In this document: positions 29,044 to 38,769 of the stretch, piece after piece | How positions within the stretch are numbered: the first letter of the stretch is position 1 | Layout: each line of letters starts with the position of its first letter | From: Acetobacteraceae bacterium | Lineage (GTDB): Bacteria; Pseudomonadota; Alphaproteobacteria; Acetobacterales; Acetobacteraceae | Direction: 5' to 3' | Assembly (NCBI GenBank): GCA_035511435.1 | Contig: DATKFJ010000097.1 | Coordinates: forward strand, 1 to 53,095 | Length of the DNA: 53,095 bases | Notes under the pieces: generated by a model | Told to the model about the DNA's origin: nothing | Databases searched by the model: none | Seen by the model: the letters and a program-made list of their open reading frames with translations, nothing else | Program-made: the position numbers and the translations under genes

Positions 29044-30234
29044 TCACTGCTGGTGGTTGATCGCTTTCCATGGATCCTTGACCATCGGGATGGTCTCGAA
29101 CTCCACGTTCTCAAGCTCTCCATTTACCTTCTCTACCCGCCGAATGTATTCGTTCTGCACGACGTCGCGCGTCGCCGGATCAATCATGAACGGGCCGCGC
29201 GGGCTCTCGTCGTCCTTCCAGCCCTTCAGCAGCGCCATAGTCTGGTCTGGATCAATCTTGCCGTTCTGTATCGCAACCACGTGGAAGATCGCCGCCATGC
29301 CGTCATAGGCATCAACCACCGTGTAGCCTGGTTCTTCCTTGGCCCCGAACTCCGCCTTGTATGCCTTGACGAACGCTTGGTTGGCTGGCCGCGTTGCTGC
29401 GGCGGAGTAGTGGTTCATCGTCACGACGCCGAGTGCCGCGTCGCCCATGTTCTGCAGCTCTTCGTCCGTCGTGAGCGACCCGGGGCCGAGCATCTTGACG
29501 CCGGCTTGGCGCATTCCGAGTTCGCTGAACGTCTTCATCAGCGCGGTGGATTCCTTACCGCCAGGTACGAATGCGAAAACCGCGTCCGGTGCTGCATCTT
29601 TGGCCCGCTGCATGAACGGTACGAAGTCCGGGTTCGCCACTGGCGTGCGCACCGACCCGGCGATCTGTCCGCCGGCATCGGTAAATCCCTTGCTGAAGGC
29701 TTGCTCGGAGTCGATGCCCGGGCCGTAGTCGGAAACGATGGTGAATACACGCTTGATGCCATCTTTCACCGCCCACGATCCCAACGGATATGATGACTGC
29801 CACAGCGAGAGCGAAACGCGGACGATGTAAGGCGATTTGGTGGTGATCGACGCCGTGGCGGCATTCATGATGATCAGTGGCACCTTGGCCTCGGTGACCA
29901 AGGGAGCGATTGCCAGCGCGTTCGGCGTCCAGACCACGCCGGCAAGTAGCTGCACATGGTCGCGGGTGATCAAGTCTTGCGCGAGGCGCTTGGCCACTTC
30001 CGGATTGGGTCCGGTGTCGTCGCGCCGGACCAGCTCGATCTTCACGCCGGCCGGCAGGTCATGCGCATGCTGCTTCATATAGAGCACGATGCCACGTTCC
30101 ATCTGGTCGCCCTGGGATTCCAGCGGACCGGAGTAGGTGTTGATGATTCCCACCTTCACGGTCTGCGCGCTCGTGCTGCCGCCCGAGATCAGCATCATCG
30201 CCGCGCAAACTCCTGCCAATTTCCCGGTTGTCAT
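29044..30234 (-). CDS. ABC transporter substrate-binding protein, branched-chain amino acid (LivJ/LivK) type, orphan
   Basis: ATG at 30234 sits behind GAAGGA. The signal peptide is MTTGKLAGVCAAMMLISGGSTSAQT, followed by VKVGIINTYSGPLESQG... as in family-1 periplasmic binding proteins. No permease or ATPase gene is adjacent. Confidence 0.9.
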   Translation of the reverse strand: MTTGKLAGVCAAMMLISGGSTSAQTVKVGIINTYSGPLESQGDQMERGIVLYMKQHAHDLPAGVKIELVRRDDTGPNPEVAKRLAQDLITRDHVQLLAGVVWTPNALAIAPLVTEAKVPLIIMNAATASITTKSPYIVRVSLSLWQSSYPLGSWAVKDGIKRVFTIVSDYGPGIDSEQAFSKGFTDAGGQIAGSVRTPVANPDFVPFMQRAKDAAPDAVFAFVPGGKESTALMKTFSELGMRQAGVKMLGPGSLTTDEELQNMGDAALGVVTMNHYSAAATRPANQAFVKAYKAEFGAKEEPGYTVVDAYDGMAAIFHVVAIQNGKIDPDQTMALLKGWKDDESPRGPFMIDPATRDVVQNEYIRRVEKVNGELENVEFETIPMVKDPWKAINHQQ

Positions 30235-30883
30235 GTCATATCCTTCAGGAGCCTTCCGGCGAGCACAAGCGATGCCCACGACATATTGCACGCAATGGAC
30301 TTATGCCGCTACGGAAAGTTCGAGGTGTGCGCAAGGTCACAGTATCCCCCACAGGGGAATCGCATTTGACCGAGCACCAAGCGGCCGCAGTCGGCAAAGT
30401 CGTCCACGCATCTCTCTACACCGCGGATCGAGCCGATCAGCGCTATCGCCGGCACCTTCGGCGGTTCATGGCGCGTCGCGTTACCCGTCAGCGGATCCGG
30501 CTACCCGCTTGGCATTCGCCCAGCCTCCCATCGACCCCTCCAACAACAGGAGCCGACACATGAATCCACATGTCGTAGCCGAGGGAATACCTCAGTTATT
30601 CAATTACGATTCCCCTGATCGCCCACGTCAGGAGATCATTCCTGTCCAGCAACATCAGCTGCCGACACAGCAAACTCAATCGCACAGCGAAATCCAGGCT
30701 CGTCATTTCCAGCATGTCCTTGGCTCGGATGATCGCCGGCTGCTCCGACCGGGTAGCATCCTCGCCCTGATTTCTCGGCCAGAACGCGGTTGACGTCTTG
30801 GGTGCGCCGATGTAACGGCCGCCGCCGACGTTGCCAATGAGCGCCGCGCGCGATACCTCCTGGGAAAATCGAGGACACGCCCC

Positions 30884-31957
30884 ATGCGTCAGCACCGCAT
30901 CGCCTCCATCCCAGCCGACGGAATCGGCCCCGAAGTAATCAGCGCCGGCCTCGAGGCACTGGACGCCGTAGCCGCGCGCGACGGCGGGTTCACGCTGACC
31001 ATTGACCACTACGACTGGGGCTCGAACTGGTACCGCAAACACGGACAGTTCATGCCGCCGGACGGTCTTGCCTGGCTGCGCACCGCGGATGCGATCTACT
31101 TCGGCGCCGTCGGCGATCCCGATATTCCAGACCACGTCACCTTGTGGGGACTGCGATTGCCGATCTGCCAGGGCTTCGACCAATACGCCAACGTCCGCCC
31201 GACCCGGATCCTGCCCGGCGTCACGTCGCCGTTGCGCGACGTTGGACCCGGCGACCTCGATTGGGTGATCGTGCGCGAGAACAGTGAGGGCGAATACTCC
31301 GGCCATGGTGGCCGCGCGCATCGCGGCCTGCCCGAGGAAGTCGCTACCGAGACCGCCATCTTCACCCGCCGCGGCGTCGAACGCATCATGCGCTTCGCCT
31401 TCGACATCGCGCGCAGCCGCCCTCGCAAGCTGCTCACCGTGGTGACGAAATCCAACGCACAGCGCCACGGCATGGTGTTCTGGGATGAGATGGCCGCGCT
31501 GGTGTCGCACGATTATCCCGACGTGACGTGGGACAAGGAACTGGTGGACGCGATGACCATGCGCATGGTGCGCAAGCCGCGTTCCATCGACACGATCGTC
31601 GGCACCAACCTGCACGCCGACATTCTTTCCGACCTTGCCGCCGCGCTGGCCGGATCACTCGGCATCGCGCCCACCGGCAACGTCGATCCGGAACGCCGCA
31701 ACCCGTCGATGTTCGAACCCATTCACGGCTCGGCATTCGACATAACCGGCAAGGGCATCGCCAATCCGGTCGCCAGCTTCTGGACCGGGGCGATGATGCT
31801 GGAACACCTGGGCGAGAAACCGGCGGCGGAACTGCTGATGCGCGCCGTGGAACAAGTGTGCGCGGCCGGGATACTGACGCCCGACCTCGGCGGCAAGGCG
31901 ACGACGGCAGAGGTGACACGCGCGGTGTGCGACGCGGTGCGCGGCATGAACCGCTAA
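30884..31957 (+). CDS. tartrate dehydrogenase/decarboxylase (D-malate dehydrogenase family)
   Basis: MRQHRIASIPADGIGPEV..., WGLRLPICQGFDQYANVRP, IVRENSEGEYSG, NLHADILSDLAAALAGSLGIAP and EPIHGSAFDITGKGIANP are isocitrate/isopropylmalate dehydrogenase family motifs of the TtuC type. Confidence 0.9.
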   Translation: MRQHRIASIPADGIGPEVISAGLEALDAVAARDGGFTLTIDHYDWGSNWYRKHGQFMPPDGLAWLRTADAIYFGAVGDPDIPDHVTLWGLRLPICQGFDQYANVRPTRILPGVTSPLRDVGPGDLDWVIVRENSEGEYSGHGGRAHRGLPEEVATETAIFTRRGVERIMRFAFDIARSRPRKLLTVVTKSNAQRHGMVFWDEMAALVSHDYPDVTWDKELVDAMTMRMVRKPRSIDTIVGTNLHADILSDLAAALAGSLGIAPTGNVDPERRNPSMFEPIHGSAFDITGKGIANPVASFWTGAMMLEHLGEKPAAELLMRAVEQVCAAGILTPDLGGKATTAEVTRAVCDAVRGMNR

Positions 31958-31992
31958 GGCGTTGTCGGTTGACCGTTGCCTGGGACGGAACG

Positions 31993-33168
31993 ATGCCGGC
32001 GACTGACGACGCACCACTGACAGACGCCGAGAGTGCGTTGCTGGAACAGGCACGGGCCCTGATCCCGGCGCTTGCCGAACGCGCGGCCACCACCATCGCA
32101 AGGCGTGACGTTTCAGCCGAAACCATCGCCGACTACCACCGCACTGGCATCCTGCGCATCGTCCAGCCGCACCGGTTCGGCGGCCTGCAGCTCCGCTTCT
32201 GCCTGTTCTCGCGCATCGTCGAAGAGCTCACCATGGGCTGCACATCGTCTGCCTGGGTCTACGCCGTGCTCGGCGAACACCAGTGGCTGCTCGCAGCATA
32301 TCCGTTGCAGGCACAGATCGACGTCTGGGGTGACAACCCGGCCGCGGTCGCGTCATCCTCGCTCGCACCGCGCGCGGTTGCCAAGCGCACGCCTGGCGGC
32401 TGGCGGCTATCCGGACAGTATTCGTTCTCCAGCGGCAGCAGCCATGCCCAGTGGGCGATCGTCGGCGCGTTCCTCGGTGAGGCGGGCGACCAGCGAAACG
32501 TCGCCTACCTGTTGGTGCCGTTCACCGACATCGAGATCATCGACGATTGGCACGTGCTGGGCCTGGCGGGAACCGGCAGCCGTTCGCTGCTGTTGCACGA
32601 GGTATTCGTGCCCGAGCACCGCTGCGTCTTGCTGGCCGATCTACTGGCGGGCACCGCGCCTGGCGCACTGGTGCATCCGGATTATCCTCTGGTGCGCGCA
32701 CCGCGAGGATTGCTGGTGAACTACTCGCTGCCGCCGGTGGTGATCGCCTTGGGCCGTCGTGCACTGGCCATAGCAATTGCCAACCTGCGTGGCCGCGTGT
32801 CGCGCGGGATCACGCAAATGGCGGCAAGCGAGTTCGTGCAGATGACCGTTGCCGAAGCAGCCGCGGCGATCGATGCTGCCACGCTGACCATGTGGACCGG
32901 CCGCCAGACGGCGGAAGAGTGGCTGGCCACAGGCAGGCCGATTTTGCCGGAAGCAGTCCTGCGCACGCGCCGCGACATGACCCATGCGCAACACCAGGTG
33001 CAATGGGCGGTCGAACGTCTGGTCGAGGTCTGCGGCGCGCGATCGGTCTACGACACGGACCCGCTCGCATCGATCAGGCGCGACGTACTGACACTGCTGA
33101 CGCACAACATCGCCAGCCGGCAGGCGGCGATGGGTGCTTGGGGCAAGTGCATTTTGTCAGGCGCCTAA
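31993..33168 (+). CDS. acyl-CoA-dehydrogenase-fold flavin-dependent monooxygenase (HsaA/HpaH-C2-like)
   Basis: ATG at 31993 is 36 nt after the ttuC-like stop. The product is MPATDDAPLTDAESALLEQARALIPALAERA...RDVSAETIADYHRTGILRIVQPHRFGG...DDWHVLGLAGTGS..., a pattern typical of group-D flavin monooxygenases. Confidence 0.8.
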   Translation: MPATDDAPLTDAESALLEQARALIPALAERAATTIARRDVSAETIADYHRTGILRIVQPHRFGGLQLRFCLFSRIVEELTMGCTSSAWVYAVLGEHQWLLAAYPLQAQIDVWGDNPAAVASSSLAPRAVAKRTPGGWRLSGQYSFSSGSSHAQWAIVGAFLGEAGDQRNVAYLLVPFTDIEIIDDWHVLGLAGTGSRSLLLHEVFVPEHRCVLLADLLAGTAPGALVHPDYPLVRAPRGLLVNYSLPPVVIALGRRALAIAIANLRGRVSRGITQMAASEFVQMTVAEAAAAIDAATLTMWTGRQTAEEWLATGRPILPEAVLRTRRDMTHAQHQVQWAVERLVEVCGARSVYDTDPLASIRRDVLTLLTHNIASRQAAMGAWGKCILSGA

Positions 33169-33574
33169 GGTGTCTTATTTTGATATGAGATGGGGATAGT
33201 GCCGATCTTCGCCGGGTCTTCGATATCGGCCGTATCCACGATCGATGTGTCGCCGGCGGTGCAAGCACTCGCGTTGGTAACGGCATTCGTGGTTTAGTAG
33301 TTTGCGACGCAGTTCTCGTTCGACTACGCGGCCTGATAAACGAATTGCACATCGGAAGCGCTCGTGCCAGGCGGCAGCGGGACACTTTGCGAACCGCTGA
33401 ACGCGCTCAGCAACGCCTTCGTCCGGCAAAATCGATCGCGGTCAGACCGGTCGGGACCACCGCAGGAACTGTTCAGGTTGACGTTGAATACTTCCGCCGA
33501 TCAACGCGCAGCTAGGCTTGAATTGCATGCGACAGGCTACGCGCGACGACGCCAAAACCCCGCTGACACCCCCC

Positions 33575-34882
33575 TCACATCCCGAACCGTAGCGTCAGCA
33601 GTCCCAGGCTGCGCGAATAGCTGCCGGTCGTCATCAGCGTCGGATCGCTGGTCGCCCGCTGATCGGTGAAATCATACGTGGCGGATAGCCGCACGTTTCG
33701 GTTCAGCAGCCATGTGACCCCAGCACCCAGTGTAACCCCGGTCGACTGGCCGCCGCCCTGCAGGAAATCGGCACGTTGCATTCCGGCGGACGCCTGCAGC
33801 AGCAAATCGCGGCGATACTCATGATCCAGCACCAACCGCGCGCCGGTGAAGGTATATCCGACGATGCCTTCCTGCGCGGCATCTTCGATGCCGCGGGTCA
33901 GTGCCGCGGTCAACGTCGTCATGCCGCTCGGTGACCAGATCGCGGTCACCTCGGCAATCGGCGCCTGATGCGCGGGATACTGCGACGCCGCGAAATCACG
34001 CACCTCCCAGCCCACCAGCACGCGATACCGCCACACAGCATCGGCATCATTGGCGAGCCCCATCAGCGTCTGATACCCGGTGGAATTACGCGTCGGCGTG
34101 CCCAATTGCGGCTCCACATAATGCGAATCCAGGGCGCGGATAACCACCAGCAGATTGCGCTGCGGCGCAAGCTCGTAGCGCGTGGTGACGGCACCCTCCA
34201 CGACGTCGCGATCGCGATACGCCTGCGACGTGGGCACACCAAGAATCGTCGTGCTGTCGTAGTGATAAGTCGAGTATGCCAGACTCGGCGTCACCGACAT
34301 GCGATTCAGCGCGATCGCATAGGATGCCCGCACATCGTTCACCTGATAGCCGACAGGCTCATCGGACGGCAAAGCATCCAGGTCGGTACTTGGTTGATGC
34401 AAATCGAAATGCGCCGCCGACAGCGTGAGCTGATCGCGTCCCACCGCAACCGAACCGCCCATCGAGGCAGTCCAGTCGGTCGTGCTCTGCCTGGGCTGGT
34501 CCAGATACTGCTCGTCATCAGCCGAGAAATAGGCACCCAGACTGTTGCGTGACCAAGCAGATGCTACCAGCAATGAAGGATGCGTGCCTACGAGCCAGCT
34601 TCCGCGCTGCGGCGCCCCGCCAAATACATTGCTGTCGTAGCCCAGCCCCTCATCCAATTGCGGATGCAACAGGAAGCTGTCGATGCGGATGCCTGCCGGA
34701 TCGAAATCCGGCCGTGCGCGCGATGCCACAGTGACCCCAGGCGCGTTGCCATAACCTGGCACACCCTCGGGAAAATACGTCGACAGTTCCTGCGTCCGCA
34801 CACTGCCGCATGCAAGAGTGCAGCCGACAGCCACGCCGGCGACGAGGCGATACAGTCGTGCGTGATGCTTCCTGCCTGCCAT
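33575..34882 (-). CDS. outer-membrane beta-barrel protein (BBP2/OmpL-like, unknown function)
   Basis: 435 aa with the N-terminal signal MAGRKHHARLYRLVAGVAVGCTLACGS. The body shows alternating beta-strand patterning rich in Y/G/T/D, with the C-terminal strand ...LGLLTLRFGM. Confidence 0.78.
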   Translation of the reverse strand: MAGRKHHARLYRLVAGVAVGCTLACGSVRTQELSTYFPEGVPGYGNAPGVTVASRARPDFDPAGIRIDSFLLHPQLDEGLGYDSNVFGGAPQRGSWLVGTHPSLLVASAWSRNSLGAYFSADDEQYLDQPRQSTTDWTASMGGSVAVGRDQLTLSAAHFDLHQPSTDLDALPSDEPVGYQVNDVRASYAIALNRMSVTPSLAYSTYHYDSTTILGVPTSQAYRDRDVVEGAVTTRYELAPQRNLLVVIRALDSHYVEPQLGTPTRNSTGYQTLMGLANDADAVWRYRVLVGWEVRDFAASQYPAHQAPIAEVTAIWSPSGMTTLTAALTRGIEDAAQEGIVGYTFTGARLVLDHEYRRDLLLQASAGMQRADFLQGGGQSTGVTLGAGVTWLLNRNVRLSATYDFTDQRATSDPTLMTTGSYSRSLGLLTLRFGM

Positions 34883-34929
34883 GGCGCGTAGCCATGACTG
34901 AAACGGCCTTCAATCGTGTTAATGCGGCA

Positions 34930-36459
34930 CTACAACTTCGGCGCACCCAGCGGTGACAGATCGTCGTTGGCCGCCGGCATTTGCGTCTCCCAGCCGCCGC
35001 CAAGCGCCTTATACACCGCCACCAGGTTGTTGGAGACATTGGTTGTGGCGATGGCAAGCTGCTGCTGGGTGGACAGCAGGTTCTGCTGCGCCGTCAGCAC
35101 CTGTAGGAAGTCGGCTACACCATCCTGGTAACGGCTCTGCGCCAGCACCAACGCGCGCTGATTCTGCGCCACCGCCTGCACCAACTGGTCGCGCCGCGCC
35201 TGCTCGGTCTGATAGGCGGTCAGCGCGTTGTCCACGTCATGCCAGGCGCTGAGCACGATCTTCTGATAGTCGATCGCGGCCTCCTGCTGCTGCGCCTTCC
35301 GCAGTTCAAGCGTGGCCTTGAGCTGACCGCCCTCGAAGATCGGAATGGTGATGCCGGGACCCGCCGCAAATTGCCGCGCATTGAAGTTGAACATCTGCCA
35401 CGGTTGCAGCGACTGCAACCCTACACTGCCGCTCAGCGTCACTGACGGATAGAAGTTTGCAACCGCCACGCCGATATCGGCCGTCGCCGCATGCAACTGC
35501 GCCTCGGCCTCGCGGATGTCCGGGCGGCGTCGTGCCAGCTCGGAGGGCAGACCCACCGGGATGCGTGGCGGCAGCGGCGGCACAGGCTTGGGGTCGATCA
35601 GCTCAGCCTGCAATGCGTTCGGCGGTAGGCCAAGCAGCAGGCTGATGGCGTTGATGTTTTCCGACACCTGCTGTTCAAGCCGAGGGATTTCAGCAGCCGT
35701 GGTGCGGTACAGCGCGGCGGCGTTGGCCACGTCCAGATCGGTCGTCACGCCGCCGGTCGCGCGTTGCTGGGTAAGTTGCAGATTTTGCAGCGCAGTTTTC
35801 AAATTGTCCCGCGCGATCTGCACAAGAGCCTGGTTGCCTCGCAGTTGAATATAGTCACGCGCCATTTCGGCGAGGCTGGAAACCAGAGCCGCGCGCCTGG
35901 CCTCGGCCGATGCCTCAACCGTTGCCTTCGCCGATTCCACCGACCGCCGGACCTGACCCCACAGGTCGAGTTCCCAGGACGCATCGAATCCCACCTGATA
36001 GACATCGAACGCATTGAGCGCCGCGCTGCCAAGGCCGCCCGCGGAATTGCCGGATGCGCCGTTGGCGCCGAGTGGATTTGGCGCCGTGGCGAACTCGCCG
36101 ATATTGCTCGACTTCTGCCGCGTGTAGGACCCGTTCGCATTGAAGCTGGGAAACTGCGCCGCGCCGACGACGCCAAGCTGCGCGCGTGACTCGGCAAGGC
36201 GCACCGTCGCCACCTGCACGTCCAGGTTCTCGCCGGCAACGCGATGTTCCAGCGCGGTCAACTCCTGGTCATGGAACAGGTTCCACCAGTTGGGATCGGC
36301 CGGCTCGGCGACCGGCAGGCTGGATACACGGGTGATCGGTTCCGCCTTTTTGGCGAACCAGGAGGCCGGCGACATCCAATCGGGTGCCGAGAAATTCGGT
36401 CCGACAGTGCAGGCGCCAAGTGTCAGCAACAGGGATGCGGCGGCAGGTATTCGTCTCAT
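34930..36459 (-). CDS. efflux outer-membrane factor lipoprotein, NodT family
   Basis: MRRIPAAASLLLTLGA|CTVGPNF lipobox, PADPNWWNLFHDQEL, and two TolC-like repeats with long Ala/Gln helices. Confidence 0.92.
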   Translation of the reverse strand: MRRIPAAASLLLTLGACTVGPNFSAPDWMSPASWFAKKAEPITRVSSLPVAEPADPNWWNLFHDQELTALEHRVAGENLDVQVATVRLAESRAQLGVVGAAQFPSFNANGSYTRQKSSNIGEFATAPNPLGANGASGNSAGGLGSAALNAFDVYQVGFDASWELDLWGQVRRSVESAKATVEASAEARRAALVSSLAEMARDYIQLRGNQALVQIARDNLKTALQNLQLTQQRATGGVTTDLDVANAAALYRTTAAEIPRLEQQVSENINAISLLLGLPPNALQAELIDPKPVPPLPPRIPVGLPSELARRRPDIREAEAQLHAATADIGVAVANFYPSVTLSGSVGLQSLQPWQMFNFNARQFAAGPGITIPIFEGGQLKATLELRKAQQQEAAIDYQKIVLSAWHDVDNALTAYQTEQARRDQLVQAVAQNQRALVLAQSRYQDGVADFLQVLTAQQNLLSTQQQLAIATTNVSNNLVAVYKALGGGWETQMPAANDDLSPLGAPKL

Positions 36460-36570
36460 CGGCCGGTTCTAACGCGGGAATCGCACGCGAGGCCATAGCG
36501 GGCGGCTGACCAAGAGACGCAGGCCCACCGAGGCGCTAGCATGCCCGCTGCCAATCAGGGAGGTGGCTCT

Positions 36571-37845
36571 ATGGCCCGCATTCTGTTCAGGGATTGCCGC
36601 GTATGGGACGGCTCTGGCGCGGCGTCCTACCCCGCCGATGTGCTGGTGGAAGGCGAACGTATCCGCGCGGTCGCAACCCAGCGCGGCCAGCTTGAGGCCA
36701 CCGGTGCGGAGGTGATCGAGGCGCGCGGCATGACCCTGATGCCCGGCCTGGTCGAGGGCCACGCCCACATCACCTTCATCAACGGTGCGCGCCCGACCGA
36801 CCTGGGCGACACGCCACCCGAGGAGCACACTCTTGCAGCCGCGCGCAACGCCCGGGTGCTGCTGGATCACGGCTTCACCAGTGCCTACAGCGCGGCCAGT
36901 GCCAAGCTGCGGGTCGATGTGGTGATCCGCAATGCGATCGAGGCTGGCGATCTGCCGGGACCTCGCATGCGTGCATGCGGGCCGGAGATCACCGTGACAG
37001 GCGGTCTGGGCGACGAACGCCGCGCCCATCAGTTCCGTGACAGCTTCGCGATGTTTGCCGACGGGCCGCTGGAGGTGACGAAGCTGGCTCGGCTGTGCGT
37101 GCGCGAGGGCGTCGACAGCATCAAGCTGAATATTTCCGGCGACGATCACACGCGAGCCGGCGCACTGCCCCGTACGGTGATGAGCGAGGACGAGATCCGC
37201 GCCGGCGTCACCGTCGCGCGCGATTTCCATCGCATGGTCAACGCGCATTGCCGAGCGGCGGAGAGCGTGAAGCGCGCGGTGCGGTGTGGGGTGGATGTGA
37301 TCTATCACTGCGAGCATGCGGACGAGGAAGCGTTGGACATGCTGCAGGCGGTGAAGGACCGCGTATTCGTCGGCCCGGCGATCGGCTTGTTGCACGCCGC
37401 GGTGCACGAAGCGCCGGAGGGCGCGCTGCATGCCGGTGTGCGGCACGGGATCGAGCTCGGGTTGGCTGCCGCGTCGCGGGCGTATCCGGAAATGCAGAAG
37501 CGCGGCATCCGCGTGGTGATCGGCGGGGACTATGGGTTTGCCCGGACGCCGCAGGGCGAGAACGCGCGTGATATCGAACACTTCGTGCGCCACCTGGGTT
37601 ATTCGCCCAGCGACGCTCTGGTCTGCGCGACGCGGTACGGCGCGGAGCTGATGGGGATGGGCAACGAGGCAGGATTGGTGCGGGAGGGGTTCCTGGCGGA
37701 TCTGCTGCTGGTGGACGGCGATCCGGTAGCGGATGTTGCAGTGCTGCAACACAAGGACCGGCTGGCGGCGATTCTCAAGGGTGGGGACGTCTACAAGCTG
37801 GATCGAGTTACCCTGGAGCGTCGGGCGGTGCGGGCAGCGGAGTAG
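36571..37845 (+). CDS. amidohydrolase-family metallo-hydrolase
   Basis: ATG at 36571 sits behind GGGAGGTGG. The product is MARILFRDCRVWDGSG...MPGLVEGHAHITF (HxH) ...HCEH...GGDYGF. Confidence 0.9.
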   Translation: MARILFRDCRVWDGSGAASYPADVLVEGERIRAVATQRGQLEATGAEVIEARGMTLMPGLVEGHAHITFINGARPTDLGDTPPEEHTLAAARNARVLLDHGFTSAYSAASAKLRVDVVIRNAIEAGDLPGPRMRACGPEITVTGGLGDERRAHQFRDSFAMFADGPLEVTKLARLCVREGVDSIKLNISGDDHTRAGALPRTVMSEDEIRAGVTVARDFHRMVNAHCRAAESVKRAVRCGVDVIYHCEHADEEALDMLQAVKDRVFVGPAIGLLHAAVHEAPEGALHAGVRHGIELGLAAASRAYPEMQKRGIRVVIGGDYGFARTPQGENARDIEHFVRHLGYSPSDALVCATRYGAELMGMGNEAGLVREGFLADLLLVDGDPVADVAVLQHKDRLAAILKGGDVYKLDRVTLERRAVRAAE

Positions 37846-37867
37846 GCATACCGGGAGCAACTTCGTG

Positions 37868-38728
37868 CTACGGCACGGCGGCGCTTTTGGGCATTGCCGT
37901 GTTGTGCATATCCATCGGCGTGGCTGGGGCAGTCGTGACCATGCCGCCGTTCGCCATGAAGCTGGGGAGTGCCTGCGGTGCGGCCAGCACCACCGCACCA
38001 TAAACCACGAGAGCGACGGCCGTGGCGCGAGCCACGGCACGCCCCCAGGGCAGCGTCTTCTCGGCGAACACCACGAGCGTGATAACCGCCATGGCGGCGA
38101 TATTCATGATGCCGAGTGGGAATAGAATAACGAACAGCAGCCAGCAACAGCCGAGGCAGTAAGCGCCATGGAGCAATCCCATGCGCACCGCACCCGGCAT
38201 CCCGTCTTGCCACGACATCAAGACGAAGCTGAGCGGCGTACGACACTTCGACAGGCACAGGTCCTTGAACGGCGTGAGTTGATAGACGCCGGCTGCGCAC
38301 AATACCGCCCCGCCAATCCTTCCCGCGGTGGCTGGCGAAAGAGCGGCACGGGTGGCAAGCGCTTCGGCGGCAAGCGCACCGACATAGGCAATGATACCAG
38401 ACAGCGTCCACATCAGCATGTACCCTGCCACGAACACCCAGGTTGCGACGAAGGCCTCGCCACGCTGTCGTTTGCCTGCCTGCACCCTATGGAAGGTGAG
38501 GATCATGGGCGCGGCGGTCGGGAACATCATGGCCACCATCATCACGACCCAGATCAGCAGGAACAGGGGCGCGCACATGCCCATGGTTGGCGATGTCGTC
38601 GGCATAGCCATTTCGCTGACAGACGCTTGCCACGCAAGCACCGCCCATGCAGCGGCGGCCAGCAACAGCAGCAGTGCCAGAATCACATTGCGTTGCATCA
38701 AAATCAGGCTGGACTGGGCGCGTTGCAT
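37868..38728 (-). CDS. DUF2182-family predicted metal-binding membrane protein
   Basis: MQRAQSSLILMQRNVILALLLLLAAAAW..., the WVVMMVAMMFPTAAPMIL motif, and CLSKCRTPL / GAYCLGCCW cysteine clusters. Start set at ATG 38728 (alternative 38698). The 366-aa track ORF over-extends across the CBS gene. Confidence 0.8.
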   Translation of the reverse strand: MQRAQSSLILMQRNVILALLLLLAAAAWAVLAWQASVSEMAMPTTSPTMGMCAPLFLLIWVVMMVAMMFPTAAPMILTFHRVQAGKRQRGEAFVATWVFVAGYMLMWTLSGIIAYVGALAAEALATRAALSPATAGRIGGAVLCAAGVYQLTPFKDLCLSKCRTPLSFVLMSWQDGMPGAVRMGLLHGAYCLGCCWLLFVILFPLGIMNIAAMAVITLVVFAEKTLPWGRAVARATAVALVVYGAVVLAAPQALPSFMANGGMVTTAPATPMDMHNTAMPKSAAVP

Positions 38729-38769
38729 GACAGATCTTTCCACGCGCAGGTTTACCGCCAATGCCGGCG

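Noticed and set aside
30596-31615. 339-aa minus-strand ORF
   Set aside because: Most of it is antisense to the well-supported tartrate dehydrogenase gene. Only its last ~70 codons (30596-30810) look protein-like, and they have no start codon upstream of a 38-codon ATG. That part is treated as a possible gene remnant in the findings, not as a CDS.
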